DNA of 64,000 bases from an uncultured delta proteobacterium (GTDB taxonomy: Bacteria > Desulfobacterota > Binatia > Binatales > Binataceae). Below are positions 1-9,241 of the stretch, in pieces (position 1 is the stretch's first letter; the number at the start of each line of letters is the position of its first letter). The stretch spans positions 1,120,001-1,184,000 of the forward strand of contig CAWEEQ010000004.1 in assembly GCA_963808235.1 (NCBI GenBank), in the 5' to 3' direction. The notes under the pieces are model-generated. The model was not told the DNA's origin, did no database searches, and saw only the letters and a program-made list of their open reading frames with translations. The translations under genes and the position numbers were made by a program.

Positions 1-2
1 TG

Positions 3-293
3 GCGCGAACGGCCGCGGTCGGGAGCGCAGTGATCCTTGGGTCGCTGGCGGCGGGCGTTTGCGGCTATCACTATCTGGATAATCTCTCTTGGATCGATTC
101 GTTGCTGAATGCGTCGATGATCCTCGGCGGGATGGGCCCGGTCGATCCCGTCACCACGAATGCCGGCAAAGTGTTCGCTTCTTTTTATGCTCTCTACAGC
201 GGACTTGCCTTGATCAGCGTCGCGGGACTGATGCTCAGTCCGATCATTCACCGATTTCTGCACAAGTTTCACATCGCCGACCGGAAGGACTAG
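3..293 (+). CDS. Small membrane protein resembling a two-TM ion-channel pore module; 5' end outside the window
   Basis: Frame is open to the window start. Hydrophobic helices flank WIDSLLNASMILGGMGP, followed by GKVFASFYALYSG. Confidence 0.6.
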   Translation, partial: ARTAAVGSAVILGSLAAGVCGYHYLDNLSWIDSLLNASMILGGMGPVDPVTTNAGKVFASFYALYSGLALISVAGLMLSPIIHRFLHKFHIADRKD

Positions 294-471
294 TTACGCG
301 CGGAACATAACCGTCATAGGTTGGCTGGTAGTTTCACCGGTAAACTTGATCCTTGACCCGTCGCGCTTTTCCTCGAGGCAATTTATGCAGACGACTCGCG
401 AATTCGCCTGCCGGCGGGCAAGAACAGAACTACAAACCGGAATAGCCAGTAGGAGGGATCAGGTATTCACT

Positions 472-759
472 ATGAAAAGAAAATTGAGTAATGCGGCGGC
501 GTTAATTGGTATCGCGTTTATCCTCAGTACCGTCGGCATCGGTTGCGAAAAGGATACTACTACTACCGTGCCGGTCCCGGTCGCCGGCGAACAAGGACCT
601 CCGGGAGCACCCGGCGCACCTGGCGCTCCGGCCGCAGCCGCATCGCCGGCGCAGGCTTCCGAGAAATCCTCGGAGTCATCGACTACCACTTCGAGCGACA
701 ACAATCCCGGCGGTTCTGTCACGACCACCGAGAAGACCAAGACTGAAAAGACAAACTAG
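472..759 (+). CDS. Putative lipoprotein with a short collagen-like segment
   Basis: AGGAGG upstream. MKRK plus hydrophobic core plus GIGC lipobox-like site. GEQGPPGAPGAPGAP, then a Ser/Thr-rich tail. Confidence 0.65.
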   Translation: MKRKLSNAAALIGIAFILSTVGIGCEKDTTTTVPVPVAGEQGPPGAPGAPGAPAAAASPAQASEKSSESSTTTSSDNNPGGSVTTTEKTKTEKTN

Positions 760-828
760 TCGAGTCGATACAATCGAGGGGCGGCTCGCGATGCTGGCCG
801 CCCCTCACTCAACGCACGGAATTGTTCT

Positions 829-1182
829 TCAATAAGGCGCGGTGCCTGGAGACGCGACCGCCTTATCAACGTCGCTCAGCGGGAAATCCTCGCCCTTGTT
901 AAGCTTGTCGATCAGCGCCTTGATTTCGTTAATCTTGGTGTCGTAGCCGGCTTGAGTCAGCGGCTCCTGCGACCATCCCGCACGCGCAATCTTGTCGTGC
1001 TTCTTGGCGTCCTCCAGCTTCTTTATCAGCGCAGCCTTGTCCGCCGGCGAGAGACTCGAGGCCATCGGAGCACTCGCCGCAGCCCCCGGCGCCGGCTGCG
1101 CAAATGATACCGCCGGTAAAATCGAAGCGCCGACCCCCGCCAACGCAATCATCGCCACGATCGCGGTCTTCCGCATGCCCAT
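829..1182 (-). CDS. Secreted helical hypothetical protein
   Basis: GGAGG RBS; signal peptide MGMRKTAIVAMIALAG...SFA|Q. Confidence 0.7.
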   Translation of the reverse strand: MGMRKTAIVAMIALAGVGASILPAVSFAQPAPGAAASAPMASSLSPADKAALIKKLEDAKKHDKIARAGWSQEPLTQAGYDTKINEIKALIDKLNKGEDFPLSDVDKAVASPGTAPY

Positions 1183-1390
1183 AGTTTTCTTCTTCCTCCC
1201 CAATAGTGGCGTCCGTTGATCGGCGCGCCAGTTGGCCACTCCTGCCAAACCGAGGTTACCGCGAGATTAACAACAGGTTGAAGCCTAGTGAAAAGTGAAG
1301 TCCTAACCCTCGGATCCGCGCCTCTCCCTTCGGGAGAGGCCGCGCTCTGAGCGCGGTGATGGCGCCTGCATCCAGCTCGACGCCGCCCCC

Positions 1391-2275
1391 TCACTCCTGA
1401 TGCTTGAGGCTCGCGCTTCCGAATCCATAGACCAGCGCCGTCTTGGTCGTGCCGCGTTCCACCCAGTCCGACGCCCGCGACTGGATCGACGTGTAGAAGA
1501 ACTCCGAGAGCTCACGCTGCTTTCGCCGCACCGCCTCGGGGCTGTCGAATTTCAGTTGATAGCCAAACTCAGCGACGATCGGCGCGTTGGTCGTGCGCAC
1601 CCGCCACACCGCAAGCGTCGCCTTCGCCTCGAGCTTGTGCCCGAAGTCCAGCATCCCGAGATCGACCTGGTATTCCTGGATCGAAAGCCCGTTGACCACG
1701 CTGAGCGCGGCCTTGGGATTCGCGTCGATCTTCTTCAGCGCCGGAAATGCCGCCGCGGTCGTCTCGAAGCGCTGCGTCAATATGATGTTCGGTGTGTCGA
1801 GCTCGCAGTTGTGCGAATAGACCAGCCGCATCCCGAGCGCGCCGTCCTTGGGCAGCAGGATCTCCTCCTTGAACTTCAGCGTATACGCACACGGCAGCAG
1901 GGGACGGGGATCCACCGCCAGCGCCACCTGCTTGTCCGGATGACGGAACTTGAGCACCAGTTCGTGTCTCGGCTCAGGAAGCCCATGATGGTAGAACGTG
2001 CGCTTGCGCAAAATGAATCCGTGATTGTACAGCTTGAAATGCGGCGTGTCGTAAAAAACCACTTCGCGCTGATGCGGCTTCACCGACTCGTCGAGCTTGC
2101 CGAGCTTGATCCCCAGCGACTTGGCCGCGTGATGCGCTATTTTCCAGAACTTGTGAAACCCCTTCTCGTCGGGAAATCGGTCGGGCTTCAGCAACAGTTT
2201 GTATTCGCGATATTGAATCTGGTCCGACGGTACGATCGGTTCGTAGAACCCGGAACGATCACCTTGCGTACTCAT
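1391..2275 (-). CDS. CYTH/triphosphate-tunnel-like hypothetical protein
   Basis: 294-aa ORF with N-terminal YREYK, FYDT-x4-LY...ILRKR, LVLKFR and C-terminal TTKT, as in the CYTH fold. Confidence 0.6.
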   Translation of the reverse strand: MSTQGDRSGFYEPIVPSDQIQYREYKLLLKPDRFPDEKGFHKFWKIAHHAAKSLGIKLGKLDESVKPHQREVVFYDTPHFKLYNHGFILRKRTFYHHGLPEPRHELVLKFRHPDKQVALAVDPRPLLPCAYTLKFKEEILLPKDGALGMRLVYSHNCELDTPNIILTQRFETTAAAFPALKKIDANPKAALSVVNGLSIQEYQVDLGMLDFGHKLEAKATLAVWRVRTTNAPIVAEFGYQLKFDSPEAVRRKQRELSEFFYTSIQSRASDWVERGTTKTALVYGFGSASLKHQE

Positions 2276-2448
2276 CGAAGTTTGTTGCGGCAGGCAACCA
2301 TCTTTCCACCCACATCCGCCGACGGGCGCCGGCGCCCCCTACCTCCACGTGATGCCATCGAACTACCAGTCCTCCAGAGCGCGGTCAATTCCGGACAGTT
2401 TTTCCACCAAGGCCCAATCTGTTACTTGAGCTTAAAACTAGAAGTTAG

Positions 2449-2481
2449 GTTCCCCTTCCCTCGAGGGTCAGGGGCTAGGTT
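2449..2481. repeat. Truncated copy of the CCCCTTCCC..GGG intergenic palindromic repeat
   Basis: GTTCCCCTTCCCTCGAGGGTCAGGGGCTAGGTT resembles 9093-9133 and the reverse complement of 39704-39744. Confidence 0.55.
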
Positions 2482-2499
2482 GTCTGAAGAAGGCTGACG

Positions 2500-3270
2500 T
2501 TACTTCCCCACGAACCGCGCCGCCCGCTTCTCAATAAATGCTCGCACCCCTTCCTTGGTATCCGCACTGCGATTCGTCTCGAGTAGTTCGCGCGCCTCTG
2601 CGTCGAGCGAGTCGCTGAGATAATTCTCGAGCCCATGATTCAGCAACATCTTGTTGCTGCCAATCGCTCCCGTCGGCATCTCTGCCAGCCGCTGATTGAA
2701 CTCTTTGACTCCCTTCTCAAACTCCGCCTCCGGAAACACCCGCGTCAGCAGTCCCCATTCGAGAGCATCGCGAGCGCTTATCTTGTTGCCAAGCAACAAA
2801 ATCTCCGCCGCGCGACCGACTCCGACGTAACGCGGCAGCCAGTACGCCGCTCCCGACATCGAGTTGATCGCGCGATTGATCCTGATGTCGCCGACAAACG
2901 CGCTCTCGGCCGCCAGCCTGAAGTCGCAAGCGAGGATCAAATCGAACGCGGCGCCATACGCATAGCCCTGTATCGCCGCGACCACGGGGATTCGCATCGC
3001 GCGGATTCGCTTGATCATCGCATGATGGCCAGCGCGCATCTCTTCCAGCGGATGCCGCGTGCCGCCCATCCCCGCCAGATCGTCCCCCGCCGAAAACGCG
3101 CGCCCACCTCCGCGAAACACTACGACGCGCGCATCGTTCACCTCGCGATTGAGGACCTGGTTCACCTCCGCGAGCATCTTGAAAGTGAATGCGTTGAGCT
3201 TCTCGGGACGGTTGAAGGTGATCGTCAAAACGCCCGCGGATTTATCCAGATTTATCTGCTGATAAGCCAT
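2500..3270 (-). CDS. Enoyl-CoA hydratase/isomerase family protein
   Basis: ITFNRPEKLNA, AFSAGDDL, PVVAAIQGYAYG, EGVRAFIEKRAARF. Confidence 0.92.
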   Translation of the reverse strand: MAYQQINLDKSAGVLTITFNRPEKLNAFTFKMLAEVNQVLNREVNDARVVVFRGGGRAFSAGDDLAGMGGTRHPLEEMRAGHHAMIKRIRAMRIPVVAAIQGYAYGAAFDLILACDFRLAAESAFVGDIRINRAINSMSGAAYWLPRYVGVGRAAEILLLGNKISARDALEWGLLTRVFPEAEFEKGVKEFNQRLAEMPTGAIGSNKMLLNHGLENYLSDSLDAEARELLETNRSADTKEGVRAFIEKRAARFVGK

Positions 3271-3363
3271 TTTTGAGGTTTCCCCGGAGATGGTTGAAGC
3301 GCCTTCTTTCCTATGTTACGTTCGCATGCACGTGAATTTCGTCCCCCGTTCAGCTTAGTCCTC

Positions 3364-4274
3364 ATGGCAAGAGAACGCTCGCTCAGACTGCCCGATGTAA
3401 TCGGAGTCGGATTGCCGCGCACGGGATCAACCTGGCTTTACGATGCGTTGCGTGACTCAGTCGACATGCCCGCCGGCACTAAGGACACGCACTTCTTCTA
3501 CCGCTTCCGTGACAAGGGAATCGAGTGGTACGCTCGTCACTTCCGCTACGCGACGGGTGAGCGAAAGATCGTCGAGATTTGCCCGGGGATTTTTTTCAGT
3601 CCGTCGGCGCGCGAGCTTATCAAGACTCACATTCCGAACTGCAAGATCATCGCGACCATGCGCGATCCTGTCGATCGAGTTTATTCCGTCTACAAGATGC
3701 TCCGTCATTTCGGGAATGTGCGCAGACGGAGCTTCGATCAGGTTTTGAATACGTGGACCGATCTGGCCGGGGACAACCGCTACGCGCCGCTTCTCAAGAC
3801 GTGGTTCGAGAGTTTCGGCCGCGAAAATGTCCTGGTCACAATGTACGATGAATTGCGCGCGGAGCCACAGAAATTTGTGAATCGGGTGACCGACTTCATC
3901 GGCATCGAGAAAATCGTGCTCTCCGAGCGGCCCAAAATCGGCACCAACGTCAATGCCTTCGCGCGTGCGCCCAGAAATGGCAGGCTCGCGCGCAGAGCGA
4001 CTACGATCGAGTACTGGCTGAACGTCGCCAGGCATATGGCGTGGTCAACTTCTTCGAACGCTCCGGCGCGTTGGATTTCTGCCGGGGAGGCGGCGACACC
4101 TTTCCGCCGCTGACTCCGGAACAGGACGCGCGCTTGCGCAAGCGCTACCTTCCCGAAGTTGAAGCGCTGGAAGATCTTCTGAGAATCGATCTTTCCGCGT
4201 GGAAGAAGGCACGTGCGCCGCGCAACTTCGAAACCGCGGCAGGCAGCGCAGTGCCAAGAATGGCCCACGCATGA
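3364..4274 (+). pseudogene. Sulfotransferase 1 with a 1-nt deletion near 4021-4025 (pseudogene or sequencing error)
   Basis: GLPRTGSTWL and RDPVDRVYS motifs. Similarity to paralogues (YWLxxRQAYG...DLSAWKK) continues in the 4041-4274 frame, whose stop overlaps the next ATG (ATGA). Confidence 0.85.
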
Positions 4275-5185
4275 GCGCAAACATCAAGCGCCGGCTTCCA
4301 TCGATCATCGCCGCGGGTCCCGGACGCACCGGCACCACCTGGCTGCATCAAGTGCTCGAAGGCCACGTCAATCTGCCTTACGGCATAAAAGAGACGCAGT
4401 TCTTCAGCCACTTCTACGACAAGGGCCTCGACTGGTACGCGCGCCATTTTCGCTACGCAACCGACGATCGCCCAATCATGGAGATTAGCCCTCCGTACTT
4501 CTTCAAGCCGGAAGCCGTCGAGCGCATAAAGAATGACATCCCGAACTGCAGGATCATCACCACGATGCGCGATCCGGTCGATCGTGTGTACTCGAAGTAC
4601 AAGCTGGTTAAGCATACCGGCACCGCGCGGCGCGGAACTTTCGAACAAATCCTGAATGCATGGCCAACCATCTCGGGCGGCGGCCGCTACGCGCAACATC
4701 TCGAGGGATGGTTCGAGAAACTCGGCCGCGAAAATGTTCTGGTCACGCTTTACGATGAATTGCGCGCCGAGCCGCAGAAATATTTAAACCGCGTCACCGA
4801 CTTCATGGGCGTGGAAAGAATCTCCCTCTCCGAGCGGCCCCAAATCGGCAGCGACGTAAATACCTTCGCGCGCGCCCCCAAGAATCGCCACCTAGCGCGC
4901 AGAGCGACCAGGTTCAAGTATTGGCTAAGGGGCCGCCAGGCTTATGGCACGCTCACCATGCTCGAACGCGTAGGCTTCTTTGAATTCTGCTACGGACGCG
5001 GCGAGCTGTTTCCACCGCTGACCTCCGAGCAGGACGCGAGCCTGCGCGAGCGCTTTCGCCCCGACGTAGAAGCGCTCGAACAATTGCTCGCAATCGATCT
5101 CTCCGCATGGAAAAAACCGCGCGCGCCGCGCACCGTCGAGGACTCGCCGGCGGCGCCGCGTCTCCAGCGCCTCGCCAGCGGATAG
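4271..5185 (+). CDS. Sulfotransferase 2 (PAPS-dependent)
   Basis: GPGRTGTTWL 5'-PSB loop, KETQFF, RDPVDRVYS 3'-PB motif. Confidence 0.9.
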   Translation: MSANIKRRLPSIIAAGPGRTGTTWLHQVLEGHVNLPYGIKETQFFSHFYDKGLDWYARHFRYATDDRPIMEISPPYFFKPEAVERIKNDIPNCRIITTMRDPVDRVYSKYKLVKHTGTARRGTFEQILNAWPTISGGGRYAQHLEGWFEKLGRENVLVTLYDELRAEPQKYLNRVTDFMGVERISLSERPQIGSDVNTFARAPKNRHLARRATRFKYWLRGRQAYGTLTMLERVGFFEFCYGRGELFPPLTSEQDASLRERFRPDVEALEQLLAIDLSAWKKPRAPRTVEDSPAAPRLQRLASG

Positions 5186-5233
5186 GCGTAATAGCAAAAT
5201 TGTCCGGATTAGTTATCGACGATTGATATCCAG

Positions 5234-6148
5234 ATGACCACCAGCGTTAACCGCCGGCTCCCGTCGATCATCGGCGCCGGTCCCGGACGCACCGGCACGA
5301 CCTGGTTGCATCGCGTGCTCGAAGGCCACGTCGATCTGCCTTATGGCGTCAAAGAGACCCAGTTTTTCAGCACCTACTACGACAAGGGCATCGATTGGTA
5401 CGCGCGTCATTTTCGTTACGCGACTGGCGAGCGGCCGATCGTCGAAGTATGTCCTTACTTGTTGGATCCGCGCGCACCCGATCGCATCAAGACGCACATT
5501 CCCAACTGTCGCGTCATCACGACTCTGCGCAATCCGATCAACGTCGCATTTTCGGCGTACAAGATGCTCGCCCACTACGCGTGGGTGCGCGGCTCGTTCG
5601 ACGAGGTGCTCAAATCCCGGCCCAATCTTGCCGGCGGCAATCGCTATGCGTTCCATCTGCGCAAATGGTTCGAGACTTTCGGCCGCGCGAACGTGCTCGT
5701 CACCAGCTACGACGAATTGCGCGCCGACCCGCAGAAATATCTGGACCAGGTCACCGGCTTCATCGGCATCGAGCGAATCGCGCTGAACGAACGGCCCGAG
5801 ATCGGCGCAGACGTTCATTCCTTCGATCGCGCGCCAAAAAGTCGCCGCCTCGCTCGCCGCGCAACCCGCCTGATGTACTGGCTCAAGGCCCGCCAGGCAT
5901 ACGGCGCGATCAATTTTCTCGATCGCATCGGCTTGTGGGATTTCTGCCACGGCCGCGGCGAACCGTTCGGCCATCTCACCCCCGCGCAAGAAGAGCTGCT
6001 GCGCAAGCGCTATCTCCCCGAAGTCGAAGCCGTCGAGGAATTGCTCTCGATCGATCTGTCCGCGTGGAAAAAACCGCGCCCACCGCGCGCCGCCGGTGAC
6101 GCTGCCGATTTCCGCTCCTCGACAGTTCTGCGCACGGCCAGCCTCTGA
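5234..6148 (+). CDS. Sulfotransferase 3
   Basis: GPGRTGTTWL, KETQFF, RNPINVAFS; colinear with paralogue 2. Confidence 0.9.
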   Translation: MTTSVNRRLPSIIGAGPGRTGTTWLHRVLEGHVDLPYGVKETQFFSTYYDKGIDWYARHFRYATGERPIVEVCPYLLDPRAPDRIKTHIPNCRVITTLRNPINVAFSAYKMLAHYAWVRGSFDEVLKSRPNLAGGNRYAFHLRKWFETFGRANVLVTSYDELRADPQKYLDQVTGFIGIERIALNERPEIGADVHSFDRAPKSRRLARRATRLMYWLKARQAYGAINFLDRIGLWDFCHGRGEPFGHLTPAQEELLRKRYLPEVEAVEELLSIDLSAWKKPRPPRAAGDAADFRSSTVLRTASL

Positions 6149-6158
6149 CGCCGGTCCT

Positions 6159-7088
6159 GTGACATCTTCAAATAGCAAATCTCAACCGAAACTCCCCGAT
6201 TTCATCGCGGTCGGCCCCGGCCGCACCGGCACGACCTGGCTTCACGAGGTCCTCAAAGGCCGCGTCAACCTGCCTGAGGGAATCAAGGAAACCGATTTCT
6301 TCACCACCAACTTTTACAAGGGCGTCGATTGGTACGCGCATCACTTCCGCAACGCCGACAACCGCCGCCCGATCGGCGAAGTGAATCCATACTTCGGCTT
6401 TCCCGAAGCAGCCGAGCGAATCGCGCGGCTCATCCCGCGCTGCAAAATCATCTGTACGTTTCGCCACCCCGTCGAGCGCATCTACTCGGAATACAAACTC
6501 TGGCGTCACTATACGCAGACCAAATTTCCCATCGATGAGTTCCTGGTCAAGGTTCCCCAGGTGATCGAGGTGACCCGCTACGCAAAGCATCTGCCCGATT
6601 GGCGCGCGCGCTTCGGCGACGACCGCGTGATCGTCTGTCTCAACGACGATCTCCACTCAGACCCGCAAGCGTATCTCGATCGAGTTTGTGATTTTATCGG
6701 GATCGAAAAATATCCCGTGCCCGCCGCCGCAGCCGAGGGTGAGCTGATCAATTCGATAAATGACCTGCCCCGGTTCCCGCGCTTCGCCCGCAAGATGCGT
6801 CATTTCATGTACTGGCTCGAGGAGAAACAGGCGTACGCCACCAGCAATTTTCTCGAGCGCGCGGGCTTCTGGAAATTCTCTTTCGGCGGCGGCGCAAAGT
6901 TCCCGCCGCTCGATCCCGCCACTGAGGCCCATCTCCACGAGCTGATGCGCCCCGAGATCGACGGGCTCGAGCGTCTCATCGGGCGCGACCTTTCCGCGTG
7001 GAAGCAACCCCGAAACCGGACGGCCGGCGATGCGAGCGCGGGCGTCTCGCCTGAGATAAGCTATCCGCGATGGCAAAAGTCACGGTAG
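6159..7088 (+). CDS. Sulfotransferase 4
   Basis: LPDFIAVGPGRTGTTWL, KETDFF, RHPVERIYS. GTG start chosen just after the previous stop. Confidence 0.88.
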   Translation: MTSSNSKSQPKLPDFIAVGPGRTGTTWLHEVLKGRVNLPEGIKETDFFTTNFYKGVDWYAHHFRNADNRRPIGEVNPYFGFPEAAERIARLIPRCKIICTFRHPVERIYSEYKLWRHYTQTKFPIDEFLVKVPQVIEVTRYAKHLPDWRARFGDDRVIVCLNDDLHSDPQAYLDRVCDFIGIEKYPVPAAAAEGELINSINDLPRFPRFARKMRHFMYWLEEKQAYATSNFLERAGFWKFSFGGGAKFPPLDPATEAHLHELMRPEIDGLERLIGRDLSAWKQPRNRTAGDASAGVSPEISYPRWQKSR

Positions 7089-7988
7089 TAATCCCGGCGT
7101 GGAACGGCGCGCGGACTCTTCCGCGCGCACTCGCGAGCGTCTTCGCCCAGTCATACACCGACTATGAAGTCGTGGTCGTCGATGACGGCTCGACCGACGA
7201 TACCCGAACCGTGCTCGCCGGCTACGGAGATCGAATCCGCATCGTCAGCCAGCCCAACCGCGGCGTCTCCAGCAGCGCGCAATGCCGGCGTCGGCGCGTC
7301 CAGCGGCGAGTACCTGGCCTTTCTCGACGACGACGACGAATGGATGCCCGAGCATCTTGCGCGATGCGTCCCGGTTCTCGATCAAGATTCGAATTGTGTG
7401 CTGGTCTACACCGCGGCGTTCAAAATCGATCTGGCCGGCCGCGCGATGCCCAATCAGGAGAGCCAGACCTGGGGCCTCGATTCGCCAACTCCCGCGCAGA
7501 TGTTCGAGCGTCCATGGAACGTTCCGCCGAGTCAGTTCATGGTGCGCCGCGCGACCTTCGCACGATGCGCCGGCTTTGACGAGCGCCTGAGCAACGGCCA
7601 GACCGAAGACATCTTCTTTCTGCTACGTGCGCGTGAGTACGGATATTTCCGATCCGTGCCCGAGGTTCTGGTGCGCAAGACCACGCGCCCGCATTATCCC
7701 AAGGCGCTCGAGCGCGAGCAGGGATGCGAGCTGTTCGTGCAAGCGGTCCGCGAGCGCTACGGCGCCGCGGCGATCGATCTGATCAGGGAATTCCGCCGCA
7801 ACCGTTTGAAGCTCATGATCCATATGGCCCACGTCCTGACTCAGGAGGGACGCCCCAAGGATGCGCGCCGATGTCTTGCCCGCGTCATTCACTATCAGCC
7901 CACCTCGCCGAAAGCCTATCGTCGATATCTGAAAACCTTCCTGCCGGCTCGAGCGCCGCGCCAAACTTCGCGCACAGACGAAGCTTGA
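7070..7988 (+). pseudogene. GT2 glycosyltransferase with a 1-nt insertion near 7268-7272 (pseudogene or sequencing error)
   Basis: VTVVIPAWN..VVDDGSTD in one frame and ARNAG..LAFLDDDD in another; the NRGxxxARNAG motif is split. Confidence 0.85.
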
Positions 7989-7998
7989 GCTTAACTTC

Positions 7999-8952
7999 AT
8001 GACTTCAGCGGCAGGACCAGGTTCGCAACCCGGCGATCGCTCGCCGCTCGTGTCCGTCATCATTCCGGTTTACAACGGCGCTGCCACGATCGGCCGCGCG
8101 CTTCAGAGCGTCTTCGCGCAAACCTTTACTGATTTCGAAATTATTTGCGTTGATGACGGCTCGACCGACAACACGGCGTCAGTCCTGGCCACCTTCGGAT
8201 ATAGAATCCGAATCGTCAGCCAGGCCAACCGCGGATTTCCCGGCGCCCGCAATGCCGGCGTCGCGGCGTCCCGCGGCGAGATGCTCGCGCTGATCGATCA
8301 CGACGACCAATGGGCGCCGGATAAGCTCGAGCTCTCCGTCGCGGCGCTCCAGGGTAATCCGGGCGCATCGCTCGTTTACTCGGATCTGGTAGTGGTCAAC
8401 GAAGCGGGTGAGGAGTCGCGGCCGTCACCGATTGAGTCCGACACCGCGCATGCGCCCTCGATGGACGAGATGCTCTCGCGGATCTGGCCGATCATGCCGA
8501 GCACTGTCGTGATGCGTCGTCCCGCCTTCGATCGCGCCGGTGGATTTGGCGAGGACCTGAAAGAAGACCTCGACTTCTGGCTGCGGATGCGAGAGCAGGG
8601 CGACTTCATCTACATCCCCGACAAGCTGATTCGGTTTACCTTCGGCCAGCTCTATCCAAAGGTTTTGAAGCGCGACATCGGTCCCCGGCAGATGATCGAT
8701 CTGGTCCGCGCCCGCTATGGCTCCCGCGCCGCCGGATGGGTACAAGATTTCATCCAGCACAAAGTCAGGATGATCGCCTACGCCGGCGTCGTCGAGATGA
8801 GCCGCGGCAACATGGTCGGCGCGCGCCGATGCTTCATGCAGGTGCTGCGCTACGATCGCCTTCACCTAAAGACTTACCTGCGCCTGGCTCGAACACTTCT
8901 CCCCGAGCGCGCCCGCCGCGCCCTAAGCGGCCGCGCCGCCCGCGGCGCATGA
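7999..8952 (+). CDS. GT2 glycosyltransferase with helical C-terminal domain
   Basis: VSVIIPVYN, VDDGSTD, ARNAG, DHDD, EDLDFWLR. Confidence 0.92.
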   Translation: MTSAAGPGSQPGDRSPLVSVIIPVYNGAATIGRALQSVFAQTFTDFEIICVDDGSTDNTASVLATFGYRIRIVSQANRGFPGARNAGVAASRGEMLALIDHDDQWAPDKLELSVAALQGNPGASLVYSDLVVVNEAGEESRPSPIESDTAHAPSMDEMLSRIWPIMPSTVVMRRPAFDRAGGFGEDLKEDLDFWLRMREQGDFIYIPDKLIRFTFGQLYPKVLKRDIGPRQMIDLVRARYGSRAAGWVQDFIQHKVRMIAYAGVVEMSRGNMVGARRCFMQVLRYDRLHLKTYLRLARTLLPERARRALSGRAARGA

Positions 8953-9000
8953 TCGGAACTAACAGTGGCAGAATCAGCAGTAGCACCTGCAGAAAAAATA

Positions 9001-9221
9001 GTGGCACGGGCGTCCCTGCCCGTGATGTCGATAGCGTCTTCGCAACCTTTACCCTCTACAAGATCATGTCGGCGCGCCCCGTGATAACCACGCGATTGTT
9101 CCCCTTCCCACATGGGAAGGGGTTAGGGGTTAGATTATCAAGGCTCAAGCAGCCCGTTCGCACTTCTCAAGCCCCCTCTTCCTTTTCCTATTCCCGTGGC
9201 ACGGGCGTCCCTGCCCGTGAT
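9001..9221 (+). repeat. Two identical 26-bp REP-like elements (9001-9026, 9196-9221) flanking a second palindrome type (9093-9133)
   Basis: GTGG-CACGGGC-GTCCCT-GCCCGTG-AT occurs twice: a tetranucleotide followed by a 7-bp stem. Confidence 0.8.
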
Positions 9222-9241
9222 TGAACTGAACCACTGAAAAA

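Noticed and set aside
1400-2497. Long 365-aa + strand ORF and similar long antisense ORFs across the window
   Set aside because: They overlap well-supported genes on the opposite strand, as expected in high-GC DNA.
9001-9026. TGGCACG as a sigma54 -24 box
   Set aside because: There is no -12 GC at the right spacing; it is part of a REP-like hairpin.
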